This document shows positions 8,587-16,571 of a DNA stretch of 46,334 bases, piece after piece. The notes beneath the pieces were generated by a model. The model was not told the DNA's origin. It saw only the letters and a program-made list of their open reading frames with translations, and did not search any database. Both the position numbers and the translations under genes were made by a program. Numbering within the stretch: the first letter of the stretch is position 1; each line of letters begins with the position of its first letter. The stretch comes from Candidatus Gottesmanbacteria bacterium (GTDB taxonomy: Bacteria > Patescibacteriota > Microgenomatia > UBA10105 > UBA927): contig CAIJMI010000002.1 in NCBI GenBank assembly GCA_903821745.1, forward strand, positions 1 to 46,334, written 5' to 3'.

Positions 8587-8593
8587 AGGAGGT
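8587..8593 (+). promoter_or_regulatory. Shine-Dalgarno site of dnaK
   Basis: AGGAGGT 7 nt upstream of ATG 8601. Confidence 0.75.
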
Positions 8594-8600
8594 ATAACCT

Positions 8601-10502
8601 ATGTCTAAAATTATTGGAATTGATCTTGGAACCACCAATTCATGTGTGGCGATTATGGAAGGCGGAGCACCGAAGGTGATCTATTCGGCAGAAGGAAGAA
8701 ATACCATCCCATCTGTTGTTGATCCAATCAAAAACATTGTCGGTGATGTTGCCAAACGCCAAATCATTATTCATCCGGAATCCACCGTATTTTCCGTTAA
8801 ACGGTTAATGGGCCGGAAATATAGTGATGCGAGTGTGCAGTTTGATAAGAAATGGTTGCCGTATGTCATTAAAGCCGGGAAAAATGATATGGCAGACGTA
8901 GAAGTAGAAAAAAAAGAATTTACGCCACAGGAAATCTCAGCAAAAATATTGGCAAAAATCAAAGCAGATGCCGAGGCGTATCTGGGAAGCCCGGTAACGC
9001 AGGCCGTCATTACGGTTCCTGCATATTTTGATGACAGTCAGAGACAGGCGACCAAACAGGCCGGAGAAATTGCAGGACTGGAGGTCATGCGTATTTTGAA
9101 CGAACCAACTGCGGCAGCACTTGCCTATGGACTCGACAAGAAAAATGCACACACGATCGCGGTTTACGATTTGGGAGGTGGAACGTTTGATATTTCCATT
9201 CTGGAACTTGGCGAAGGTGTGTACGAAGTAAAAGCAACGAATGGGGACACGCATCTTGGTGGCGATGACTTTGATAAACACATTCTCGATTACCTTGCCG
9301 ATGAGTTTAAAAAGGAACACGGCGTTGATCTTCGGAAAGATCCGCAGGCGTTACAACGGCTTCGTGATGCGGCAGAAAAAGCAAAGATTGAGCTTTCTAC
9401 ATCCATGGAAGCAGAAATCAATTTGCCGTTTATCACTCAAGGAAAAGAAGGACCGGTGCACTTAGTGACGAAATTGTCACGGGCAAAAATGGAATCACTT
9501 GTTGCGGATTTGATCAACAAAACCATTGATCCGGTCAAGAAATGCTTGGCTGATGCAAAGATCGACGTCAAAGCAATTGATGAAATCGTCTTGGTTGGAG
9601 GAATGACCAGAATGCCGAAAGTGGTTGATGTGGTCAAACAATTCTTTGGAAAACAACCGAACCAATCCGTCAATCCGGATGAGGTGGTTGCAATTGGTGC
9701 AGCTGTTCAGGCAGGGGTACTTGCAGGAGATGTCAAAGATGTTGTACTTCTTGACGTCACACCACTGACGCTTGGTCTTGAGACATTGGGAGCAGTATCA
9801 ACTCCATTGATTCCAAGAAATACAACCGTGCCAACAAGCAAGACAGAAATATTTTCAACTGCTGCTGACAATCAGACATCAGTTGAAATTAATGTCTTGC
9901 AGGGAGAACGGACGATGGCAAATGATAACAAGTCACTCGGCCGCTTTATTCTCTCCGGCATCCCACCGGCGCCACGGGGAGTGCCGCAAGTTGAAGTGAC
10001 GTTTGATATTGATGCATCAGGCATCCTCAATGTCACGGCAAAGGACAAAGCAACTGGAAAAGTAAGCACGATTAAGATTACGGGTTCCACAGGTCTTTCA
10101 AAGGACGAAGTGGAAAAGATGCGGAAAGAAGCAGAAGAGCACGCAGCTGAGGATACAGAAAAGAAAGAACAGATTGAAGTCAAAAATCGTGCAGAGAACA
10201 CAATCTACGTTGCTGAAAAAACCATCAAGGATGCGGGAGACAAAGCAAAAGCAGAGGACAAAACCGCAGTTGAAGAAAAGATTAAAGCCTTGAAGGATAT
10301 TTTGGAAACCGGCAGCAAAGAAGATCTTGAGACAAAGACGAATGAGTTATCTGAAGTCATGCAAAAAGTGGGAGCATCCATGTATCAAAAACCAGAAGGA
10401 ACACCAGAAGGACAAACACCTCCAGGGGAAGAACCAAAAGCAGAAGATGCGGGTGCAAAAAAAGACGACAAAAAAGTAGAAGAAGGGGAAGTCGTTAGCT
10501 AA
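8601..10502 (+). CDS. dnaK: Chaperone DnaK (Hsp70)
   Basis: [40 protein letters not shown]. Confidence 0.99.
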   Translation: MSKIIGIDLGTTNSCVAIMEGGAPKVIYSAEGRNTIPSVVDPIKNIVGDVAKRQIIIHPESTVFSVKRLMGRKYSDASVQFDKKWLPYVIKAGKNDMADVEVEKKEFTPQEISAKILAKIKADAEAYLGSPVTQAVITVPAYFDDSQRQATKQAGEIAGLEVMRILNEPTAAALAYGLDKKNAHTIAVYDLGGGTFDISILELGEGVYEVKATNGDTHLGGDDFDKHILDYLADEFKKEHGVDLRKDPQALQRLRDAAEKAKIELSTSMEAEINLPFITQGKEGPVHLVTKLSRAKMESLVADLINKTIDPVKKCLADAKIDVKAIDEIVLVGGMTRMPKVVDVVKQFFGKQPNQSVNPDEVVAIGAAVQAGVLAGDVKDVVLLDVTPLTLGLETLGAVSTPLIPRNTTVPTSKTEIFSTAADNQTSVEINVLQGERTMANDNKSLGRFILSGIPPAPRGVPQVEVTFDIDASGILNVTAKDKATGKVSTIKITGSTGLSKDEVEKMRKEAEEHAAEDTEKKEQIEVKNRAENTIYVAEKTIKDAGDKAKAEDKTAVEEKIKALKDILETGSKEDLETKTNELSEVMQKVGASMYQKPEGTPEGQTPPGEEPKAEDAGAKKDDKKVEEGEVVS

Positions 10503-10524
10503 AAAATAAAATGGAGTATGGAAG

Positions 10525-10559
10525 CATCCCGCACATTCATAAAAAGCGGGATGTTTTTC
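10525..10559 (+). terminator. Intrinsic terminator after dnaK
   Basis: CATCCCGC / GCGGGATG 8-bp stem, 13-nt loop, followed by TTTTTCT. Confidence 0.7.
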
Positions 10560-10597
10560 TGTTTCCTATATAATAGGTATCTTGAAGTGAGATTGGT

Positions 10598-11497
10598 ATG
10601 GCAGCAAAAAAAGATTTTTATGATGTATTAGGTGTTTCCAAGAGTGCTTCTGCGGAAGAACTCAAAAAAGCATATCGTAAGCTTGCTTTGGAATGGCACC
10701 CGGACCGGAATAAAGCAGCAAATGCTAATGAGAAATTTAAGGAAATAAACGAAGCATATTCCGTTTTGTCTGATAAACAGAAACGGGCAACGTATGACCA
10801 ATTTGGTCATGATGCATTTACTCCGGGTTCAGGCATGGGCGGCGGAGCGGGACGGGATCCGTTTGCAGGTTTTAGACAACAGGGGCCGTTTCAATATTCA
10901 TATTCTTCCTCTGGAGAAAATCCATTTGGTGCGGACGGATTTGATCCGTTTGATATTTTTGAACAGTTTTTTGGTGGTGGATTTGGCGGAGGTGGCCGTG
11001 GTGGAGGAAGACAACGGAGAAATGCGTATGAGATATCCATCGACTTTATGGAAGCAGTCCGCGGGGTAACCAAAGAAGTCATGGTGCCGAAAGGCGCTGC
11101 AGGGGAAGGATCCGAGAAAAAAACGATTAAAATCCCGGCAGGTGTTGATAACGGGAGCCGCATTCGCTTTGATGATTTTGATATTGTTATTTCCGTACGT
11201 CCGAGCCGTGAATTTACCCGGGAAGGCGATGATGTCGTGGTAACGCATGAAATATCCTTTACAAAAGCAGCACTTGGAGGCATTGAAGAGGTCAAAACCA
11301 TTGAAAAACCAGTTAAAATCCGGATTCCTGCGGGAACCCAGCCAGGAACCCTTATCCGGCTTCGTGGGCAGGGAGTGCCGCATGTTCGGGGTGGAGGACG
11401 GGGGGATGAATATGTCAAAATTCAGCTCAATATGCCTTCCCATTTAACCCACCGACAGAAGGAACTCTTGGAAGAGTTGGATGAAACCCTTCGGTAA
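10598..11497 (+). CDS. dnaJ: DnaJ-family co-chaperone lacking the Zn-finger (class B)
   Basis: J domain with HPD, G/F region, C-terminal domain; no CxxCxGxG repeats. Confidence 0.9.
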   Translation: MAAKKDFYDVLGVSKSASAEELKKAYRKLALEWHPDRNKAANANEKFKEINEAYSVLSDKQKRATYDQFGHDAFTPGSGMGGGAGRDPFAGFRQQGPFQYSYSSSGENPFGADGFDPFDIFEQFFGGGFGGGGRGGGRQRRNAYEISIDFMEAVRGVTKEVMVPKGAAGEGSEKKTIKIPAGVDNGSRIRFDDFDIVISVRPSREFTREGDDVVVTHEISFTKAALGGIEEVKTIEKPVKIRIPAGTQPGTLIRLRGQGVPHVRGGGRGDEYVKIQLNMPSHLTHRQKELLEELDETLR

Positions 11498-11499
11498 GA

Positions 11500-11527
11500 T
11501 TGACGCCCGCTTCAAGCGTGTTATAAT
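11500..11527 (+). promoter_or_regulatory. nusA operon promoter
   Basis: TTGACG (11500-11505), 16 nt, TATAAT (11522-11527) with TGn extension. Confidence 0.75.
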
Positions 11528-11553
11528 ACACCTATTGTAGTGAGAAGAAGTTG

Positions 11554-11580
11554 AGGTGGGCCTGAAACCCGCCTTTTTTT
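11554..11580 (+). terminator. Leader attenuator upstream of nusA (rimP-leader-like)
   Basis: AGGTGGG-CCTGAAA-CCCGCCT followed by a T run, between promoter and ATG. Confidence 0.75.
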
Positions 11581-11600
11581 ATAAATAAAAGGAAAAACAT

Positions 11601-12824
11601 ATGCCAGCAACAGTCAGAAGCGAATTTTCATTAGCATTAAACCAGGTAGCAACCGAGCGGGGACTTGATCCAAAAGTCGTCCTTGAGACAATCCGTGCTG
11701 CAATTCTTGCAGCCTACCGAAAAGATTACGGAACAGAAGAAATGGATTTGTATACGGTTGATGTGGATGCAGATACTGGAGAAGCAAAAGTCTTAAAGGA
11801 AGGCAAAGATGTGACACCTCCAGGTTTTGGCCGTATTGCCGCACAAACCGCAAAACAAGTCATTTTGCAACGGATCCGGGAAGCTGAAAAACAGGCAGTA
11901 CTGGCAGATTATCAGACAAAAGTCGGTAACATCGTTCCGGGAATGATTCTTCGGTTTGATGGACCAAATGTTGTTGTTGATATTGGTCGAACGCAGGCAG
12001 TGATGCCAATGACCGAACAAAATCAGGGCGAACGGTATCATTTAAATCAACGCCTTACCTTCTATATTGAAGGAATTCGAGAAACACCACGTGGTAATGA
12101 AATCATTGTCTCCCGTGCACACAAAGGACTCGTTGAAGGCTTGTTTGCCCGAGAAGTACCGGAAGTTGCGCAAGGAGCAGTTGAACTTCGAACCGTTGTT
12201 CGAGAAGCTGGCGGACGGACAAAAGTAGCAGTGTTTTCCAAACAATCCGGTGTTGATCCAGTAGGATCCTGTGTTGGACAAAAGGGAGTACGTGTTACTG
12301 CTGTTATTAATGAGCTTGGCGGAAATGAAAAAGTCGATATCATTCAATGGAGTGATGAGCCAAAAGCATTTATCATTGCTGCACTTGCTCCAGCAAAAGA
12401 TATTGATGTTGCCCTTGATGAAGCAAACAAAACCGCAACGGTCAAAGTTCCGGAAGATCAGTTATCTCTTGCTATCGGCCGGGAAGGACAAAATGTCCGA
12501 CTTGCTGCAAAGCTTACAGGATGGAAAATTGATATTCAGGGGAAAGCCGGCACGGTGATTGCACCAGAAGCTGGTAAAACAGAAGAAGCTGCACCTGCAG
12601 TTACAGAACCGGTTACAGGAGAAGCAGTGGAAACAAAAGAAGACGTGAAAAAAGAGGAAGTTGTAGAAGAAAAGGTAGAAAAGACAGAAGCGGTAAAAGA
12701 AGAAAAAGAGGAAATAAAGGAAGAGGAAAAAGAACAAGCAAAACCGGAAGCAGTTGCTCCAGCAGCTGACGCAGCACAGGTTGATCCAGTAGTTGAAGCA
12801 GTACCGTCTGATACGAAAGAGTAA
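11601..12824 (+). CDS. nusA: Transcription termination/antitermination factor NusA
   Basis: FGRIAAQTAKQVILQRIREAE, DPVGSCVGQKG, LAIGREGQNVRLAAKLTGWKIDI; acidic low-complexity tail. Confidence 0.98.
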   Translation: MPATVRSEFSLALNQVATERGLDPKVVLETIRAAILAAYRKDYGTEEMDLYTVDVDADTGEAKVLKEGKDVTPPGFGRIAAQTAKQVILQRIREAEKQAVLADYQTKVGNIVPGMILRFDGPNVVVDIGRTQAVMPMTEQNQGERYHLNQRLTFYIEGIRETPRGNEIIVSRAHKGLVEGLFAREVPEVAQGAVELRTVVREAGGRTKVAVFSKQSGVDPVGSCVGQKGVRVTAVINELGGNEKVDIIQWSDEPKAFIIAALAPAKDIDVALDEANKTATVKVPEDQLSLAIGREGQNVRLAAKLTGWKIDIQGKAGTVIAPEAGKTEEAAPAVTEPVTGEAVETKEDVKKEEVVEEKVEKTEAVKEEKEEIKEEEKEQAKPEAVAPAADAAQVDPVVEAVPSDTKE

Positions 12825-12853
12825 TCGTATGAGCGGCGTATTTGTAATCAGAT

Positions 12854-14311
12854 ATGAAAAAAAAGACAACAGAACCAGTTATTGCCAAAGGCAGACCGCC
12901 AATTGTTGCGGTACTGGGGCATGTTGATCACGGAAAATCGTCGCTTCTTGATTACATAAGGAAGACCCATGTTACAGAAAAAGAACATGGCGGTATTACC
13001 CAGGCAATTGGTGCATACCAAATTCCAGGCATAACCTTCATTGATACTCCAGGGCATGAAGCATTTGCAAAAATGCGTGCACGCGGTGCAACGGTTTCTG
13101 ATATTGCAATTCTCGTTGTTGCTGCGGATGACAGCGTCATGCCACAAACCAAAGAATCCATCCGGATGATCCAGGAAGCAAATGTTTCCATGATTGTGGC
13201 AATCAACAAAATTGATATGCCGGCCGCAAATGTTGATAAAGTGAAGCAGGATCTTGCAAGAAATGGCGTACAGGTTGAAGGATTTGGCGGATCTATCCCT
13301 TCTGTTGCAGTATCTGCAAAAACCGGAGCAGGTGTTAAAGAACTCTTGGACACCATCATGCTTGTTGCAGAGATGAAGGAACTGAAAAATGAGCCCGACG
13401 CACCACTGGAAGCCGTGGTTATTGAAAACAGAATTGATAAAGGGAAAGGCATGGTTGCAACCGTCGTTGTGAAAAAAGGAACACTCAAATTTGGAAGTTC
13501 CTTGTTTGATGGCGACAAACAGGTTGCAAAAGTACGGGCAATGTTTGATGAAAACAGAATTTCAATGACAGAAGCCAGTCCATCAAAACCAGTGGAAGTT
13601 CTTGGGTTTACGAGCTTGCCACAGGTAGGAGCAGTATTAACTGCAGTAGCTGTCGCAAAGACGGTTGTTGAAACAGTGAAAAAAGAAGTTGACCAGGCAC
13701 AGTCTATTGCAGACTTCTTGGCAAACATGAATGGCAAGAAAAAGCTTGCCGTCATTATCAAAGCAGATGTCTATGGATCCCTTGAAGCAATTCTTGAAGC
13801 ATTGGGAGATGATGTTGATATTGTGACCGCAGGAGTTGGAGAGATAAGTGATGCGGATGTCTTGATGGCAAAATCAACCGGAGCATTTGTTATCGGATTT
13901 AATGTGAAGTTAAAGACAGAAATTGAAAAACTTGCACAAATTGAAGGCGTCATCTGCAGAACTTACACGATTATCTATGAACTTCTTGATGAACTCCATG
14001 ATGTCATTGAAGGCGCCATGGAAGTGATTACCAAGGAGCGAGAACTTGGGAAAGGTCGGGTCTTGGCAGAATTTCCATTTAATGGTGTCCGTATTGCAGG
14101 AATCAAAGTCATGTCCGGACGTATTGCAAAAGGGGACCAAGTAAAAGTGATGCGGGGTGAAGAGGAAATAGGGAAAGCAAAGATTAAATCCGTGCGGCAT
14201 GGAAAAACAGAAGAAACAAGAATGGATGTGGGTGATGACTGCGGCATATTGTTTGATCGCATCGTTGATTTTGCATTAGGCGATGATATAATTGCGTTTA
14301 CGAACCATTAA
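12854..14311 (+). CDS. infB: Translation initiation factor IF-2 (short, no N-terminal domain)
   Basis: RPPIVAVLGHVDHGKSSLLD, GGITQAIGAY, FIDTPGHEAF, IIKADVYGSLEA. Confidence 0.97.
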   Translation: MKKKTTEPVIAKGRPPIVAVLGHVDHGKSSLLDYIRKTHVTEKEHGGITQAIGAYQIPGITFIDTPGHEAFAKMRARGATVSDIAILVVAADDSVMPQTKESIRMIQEANVSMIVAINKIDMPAANVDKVKQDLARNGVQVEGFGGSIPSVAVSAKTGAGVKELLDTIMLVAEMKELKNEPDAPLEAVVIENRIDKGKGMVATVVVKKGTLKFGSSLFDGDKQVAKVRAMFDENRISMTEASPSKPVEVLGFTSLPQVGAVLTAVAVAKTVVETVKKEVDQAQSIADFLANMNGKKKLAVIIKADVYGSLEAILEALGDDVDIVTAGVGEISDADVLMAKSTGAFVIGFNVKLKTEIEKLAQIEGVICRTYTIIYELLDELHDVIEGAMEVITKERELGKGRVLAEFPFNGVRIAGIKVMSGRIAKGDQVKVMRGEEEIGKAKIKSVRHGKTEETRMDVGDDCGILFDRIVDFALGDDIIAFTNH

Positions 14312-14333
14312 TACCTGCCAACACTAGGGTTTT

Positions 14334-15242
14334 ATGGATGACGTTACAACAGCAACAGACATGACGCGCGTTAAAGAACTTGTTTCCCAAGCAAAAGACA
14401 TTCTTGTCCTCACGCACGCAAATCCCTCTTCAGACAGTATGGGCAGTGCACTTGCATTGTATGTAGCCATGAAAAATGCAGGAAAGCATGTGGTGGTCGG
14501 ATGCCCAACACCAATGACCGTGGAGTTTTCGAATTTTGTTGGAGCAAACAAACTGGAAACAAAATTTTCAAAGAAAAATTTTGTTATTTCCCTTGACTAT
14601 GAAGATGGATCCATCGACAAGGTAACGTACAACATTGAAGACAAAAAATTTAATCTCATTATTGAACCACGTCCCGGATTTGAGGATTTTAATGAAGATA
14701 ATGTAAGTTTTTCCCATAAAGGAACAGCGGCTGATGTGATTTTTACGATTGATACGATGCATCTTGGAGAGTTGGGGGAGCTGTATGAAGGGGAGAAAGA
14801 ACTGTTTGCAACGAGGCCGATTGTGAACATTGATAAACATCTTGAAAATGCACGGTATGGTGCAATCAATATCATTGATCATGCAGCAACGACAGCAGAA
14901 CTTGTTGGCACCGTCATGTCAGAAATTGGTACCCCGCTTACAGAAGATATTGCAACAAATTTATTGAATGCCCTCTATAGTGCATCTAATAATTTTCAGG
15001 GGGACATAACAGTACGAACATTTGAAGTTGCAGCGGCATGTCTCAAAGCCGGCGGAAAACGATTTACTACTGAAGTCGTCACACCTCCTGTTATTGCAGC
15101 GCCACAACCTCCAGTTGAAGAAGTAAAACCTATTCCTACTCCGCCCACTGAACTGGAACAAAAAAAAGTTCAACCTATTCCTCAAAATCCTCCAGAAGAT
15201 TGGCTAAAACCAAAGATCTTCAAAAGCTCAACAATAGCATAA
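14334..15242 (+). CDS. DHH-family phosphoesterase-like protein (NrnA-related, degenerate motifs)
   Basis: LTHANPSSDSMGSALAL, IFTID, IVNIDKH; sits after infB as nrnA often does. Confidence 0.75.
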   Translation: MDDVTTATDMTRVKELVSQAKDILVLTHANPSSDSMGSALALYVAMKNAGKHVVVGCPTPMTVEFSNFVGANKLETKFSKKNFVISLDYEDGSIDKVTYNIEDKKFNLIIEPRPGFEDFNEDNVSFSHKGTAADVIFTIDTMHLGELGELYEGEKELFATRPIVNIDKHLENARYGAINIIDHAATTAELVGTVMSEIGTPLTEDIATNLLNALYSASNNFQGDITVRTFEVAAACLKAGGKRFTTEVVTPPVIAAPQPPVEEVKPIPTPPTELEQKKVQPIPQNPPEDWLKPKIFKSSTIA

Positions 15243-15280
15243 TTAGTAATAATATACTGATTTATTTTTTTGATTGAATC

Positions 15281-15453
15281 ATGGATAGACTGACAAAAGG
15301 CCAACGAAGCTATAACATGTCCAGAATTCGGTCTGAAAATACAAAACCAGAATTAATTTTTATAAAAAATTGAAAGAAAAAGGTTTTGAATTTAAAAAAC
15401 ATTATTCTATTCAAGGAAAACCTGATGCAGTTTTTCTAAAAGAAAAAGTGGCT
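15281..15453 (+). pseudogene. vsr: Very-short-patch repair endonuclease (Vsr) relic, frameshifted and truncated
   Basis: MDRLTKGQRSYNMSRIRSENTKPELIF, then TGA at 15371; the -1 frame continues YKKLKEKGFEFKKHYSIQGKPDAVFLKEKVA and loses similarity just before the expected FxxGCFWH motif. Confidence 0.85.
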
Positions 15454-15461
15454 GGCTTGCT

Positions 15462-15866
15462 ATGGATAAACAATATAAAGAACGGTGGGATTTTAAACTC
15501 ATTGAGCCTTGGTATATGAAAAAGGCGGGGGATCTACAATGGAAGATGTATGAAGGATATCGGGACGATGCCAAGTTTATTCTCAATATGTGGGAACATC
15601 CTGAAACGATAACCGCGCTTCCTGATCCGAATTTTGTGAATGATGGACGCCAAAGAAGAGATAGGTATAGTGAAGAATATTTTAAGTTTTTTGATGACGC
15701 AGTTGTAATTCAGGACTGGCGTAAATTTTTTGGTAGGGTTCCGATTTCAGCCGGATGTACAAGTGAAAATACGAATATACCTAATACTTCTGGTTCTATT
15801 AAATCAGATAAAGAGCAGGAATCTTCACCGTCAGGAGTCCCTATCGATCCTTATACAATATCGTAA
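15462..15866 (+). CDS. Hypothetical protein, possibly a gene fragment
   Basis: 134-aa ORF abutting the vsr breakpoint; no recognisable motif. Confidence 0.5.
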   Translation: MDKQYKERWDFKLIEPWYMKKAGDLQWKMYEGYRDDAKFILNMWEHPETITALPDPNFVNDGRQRRDRYSEEYFKFFDDAVVIQDWRKFFGRVPISAGCTSENTNIPNTSGSIKSDKEQESSPSGVPIDPYTIS

Positions 15867-15944
15867 TGTCTTTTCGATTACATTGAACAGCAAGATGACT
15901 GTATAGGTGGTTGAAGCGGGGATAACCATCCCGAAACCTCTTCC

Positions 15945-15973
15945 TTGTAATTCAAGCTCATTTAGTGTAAAAT
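15945..15973 (+). promoter_or_regulatory. rpsO-pnp promoter
   Basis: TTGTAA (15945-15950), 17 nt, TAAAAT (15968-15973). Confidence 0.6.
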
Positions 15974-16021
15974 ACCCAGTACTGGAGCAGGAAAGAGCCG
16001 CTCCCTTTTTATTAAATATTT

Positions 16022-16417
16022 ATGGCAACTAAAGCTAAAAAAACAGAAAAAGTAGAAAAAAAGGCCGTCAAAAAGGTCGAAAAAGTTGAGAAAAAAGAAG
16101 CTAAAAAAGCAGTCAAAGCCGTGAAAGCAGCTTCAAAAGTAGAAGAGACCCCAGTGCCAAGTGAAGAAAAAGCACAGATCATCTCCGAATACCAGGTTAA
16201 ACCAGGGGACACAGGGAGTCCTGAAGTGCAGATTGCCCTTTTGACCAGCCGTATCGAAAAGTTAGCCTTACATTTGAAGACAAACAACAAAGATAATCAT
16301 TCACGAAGAGGCCTTCTTGGAATCATTTCTAAACGCCGAAGACTCTTAAATTATCTTGAAACCAAAGAAAAAACACGATTTAAAGAAATATCAAAAAAGT
16401 TAGGTTTAACAAAATAA
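16022..16417 (+). CDS. rpsO: 30S ribosomal protein S15 with Lys/Glu/Ala-rich N-terminal extension
   Basis: DTGSPEVQIALLT...KDNHSRRGLL...RRRLLNYL. Confidence 0.97.
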   Translation: MATKAKKTEKVEKKAVKKVEKVEKKEAKKAVKAVKAASKVEETPVPSEEKAQIISEYQVKPGDTGSPEVQIALLTSRIEKLALHLKTNNKDNHSRRGLLGIISKRRRLLNYLETKEKTRFKEISKKLGLTK

Positions 16418-16420
16418 TTT

Positions 16421-16563
16421 TTCCCTCCGCATACTAGGTGTGAGAGGAGAACGATAGGAAGTGCGATGTCTTGAATTTTTGACGAGATACAGTCAAGAAT
16501 AGCACAAAGATTCGAGTTGTCTCACTTCCCCCTTTCTCCATCCTCCCTTATAGTAGGCGAGAA
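16421..16563 (+). promoter_or_regulatory. Long structured rpsO-pnp intergenic RNA (candidate RNase III site)
   Basis: Nested pairings TACTA/TAGTA, GGAGAA/TTCTCC, GGAAGTG/CACTTCC, TCTTGA/TCAAGA. Confidence 0.6.
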
Positions 16564-16571
16564 GTAATTTT

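Noticed and set aside
8800-8900. DnaK contains the segment once proposed as a diderm signature insert
   Set aside because: The indel is not a reliable envelope marker and adds nothing specific here.
15905-15940. Small hairpin CGGGGAT-AACC-ATCCCG upstream of the rpsO promoter
   Set aside because: Short, no U-tract, no second copy; not supportable as a terminator, tRNA fragment or repeat.
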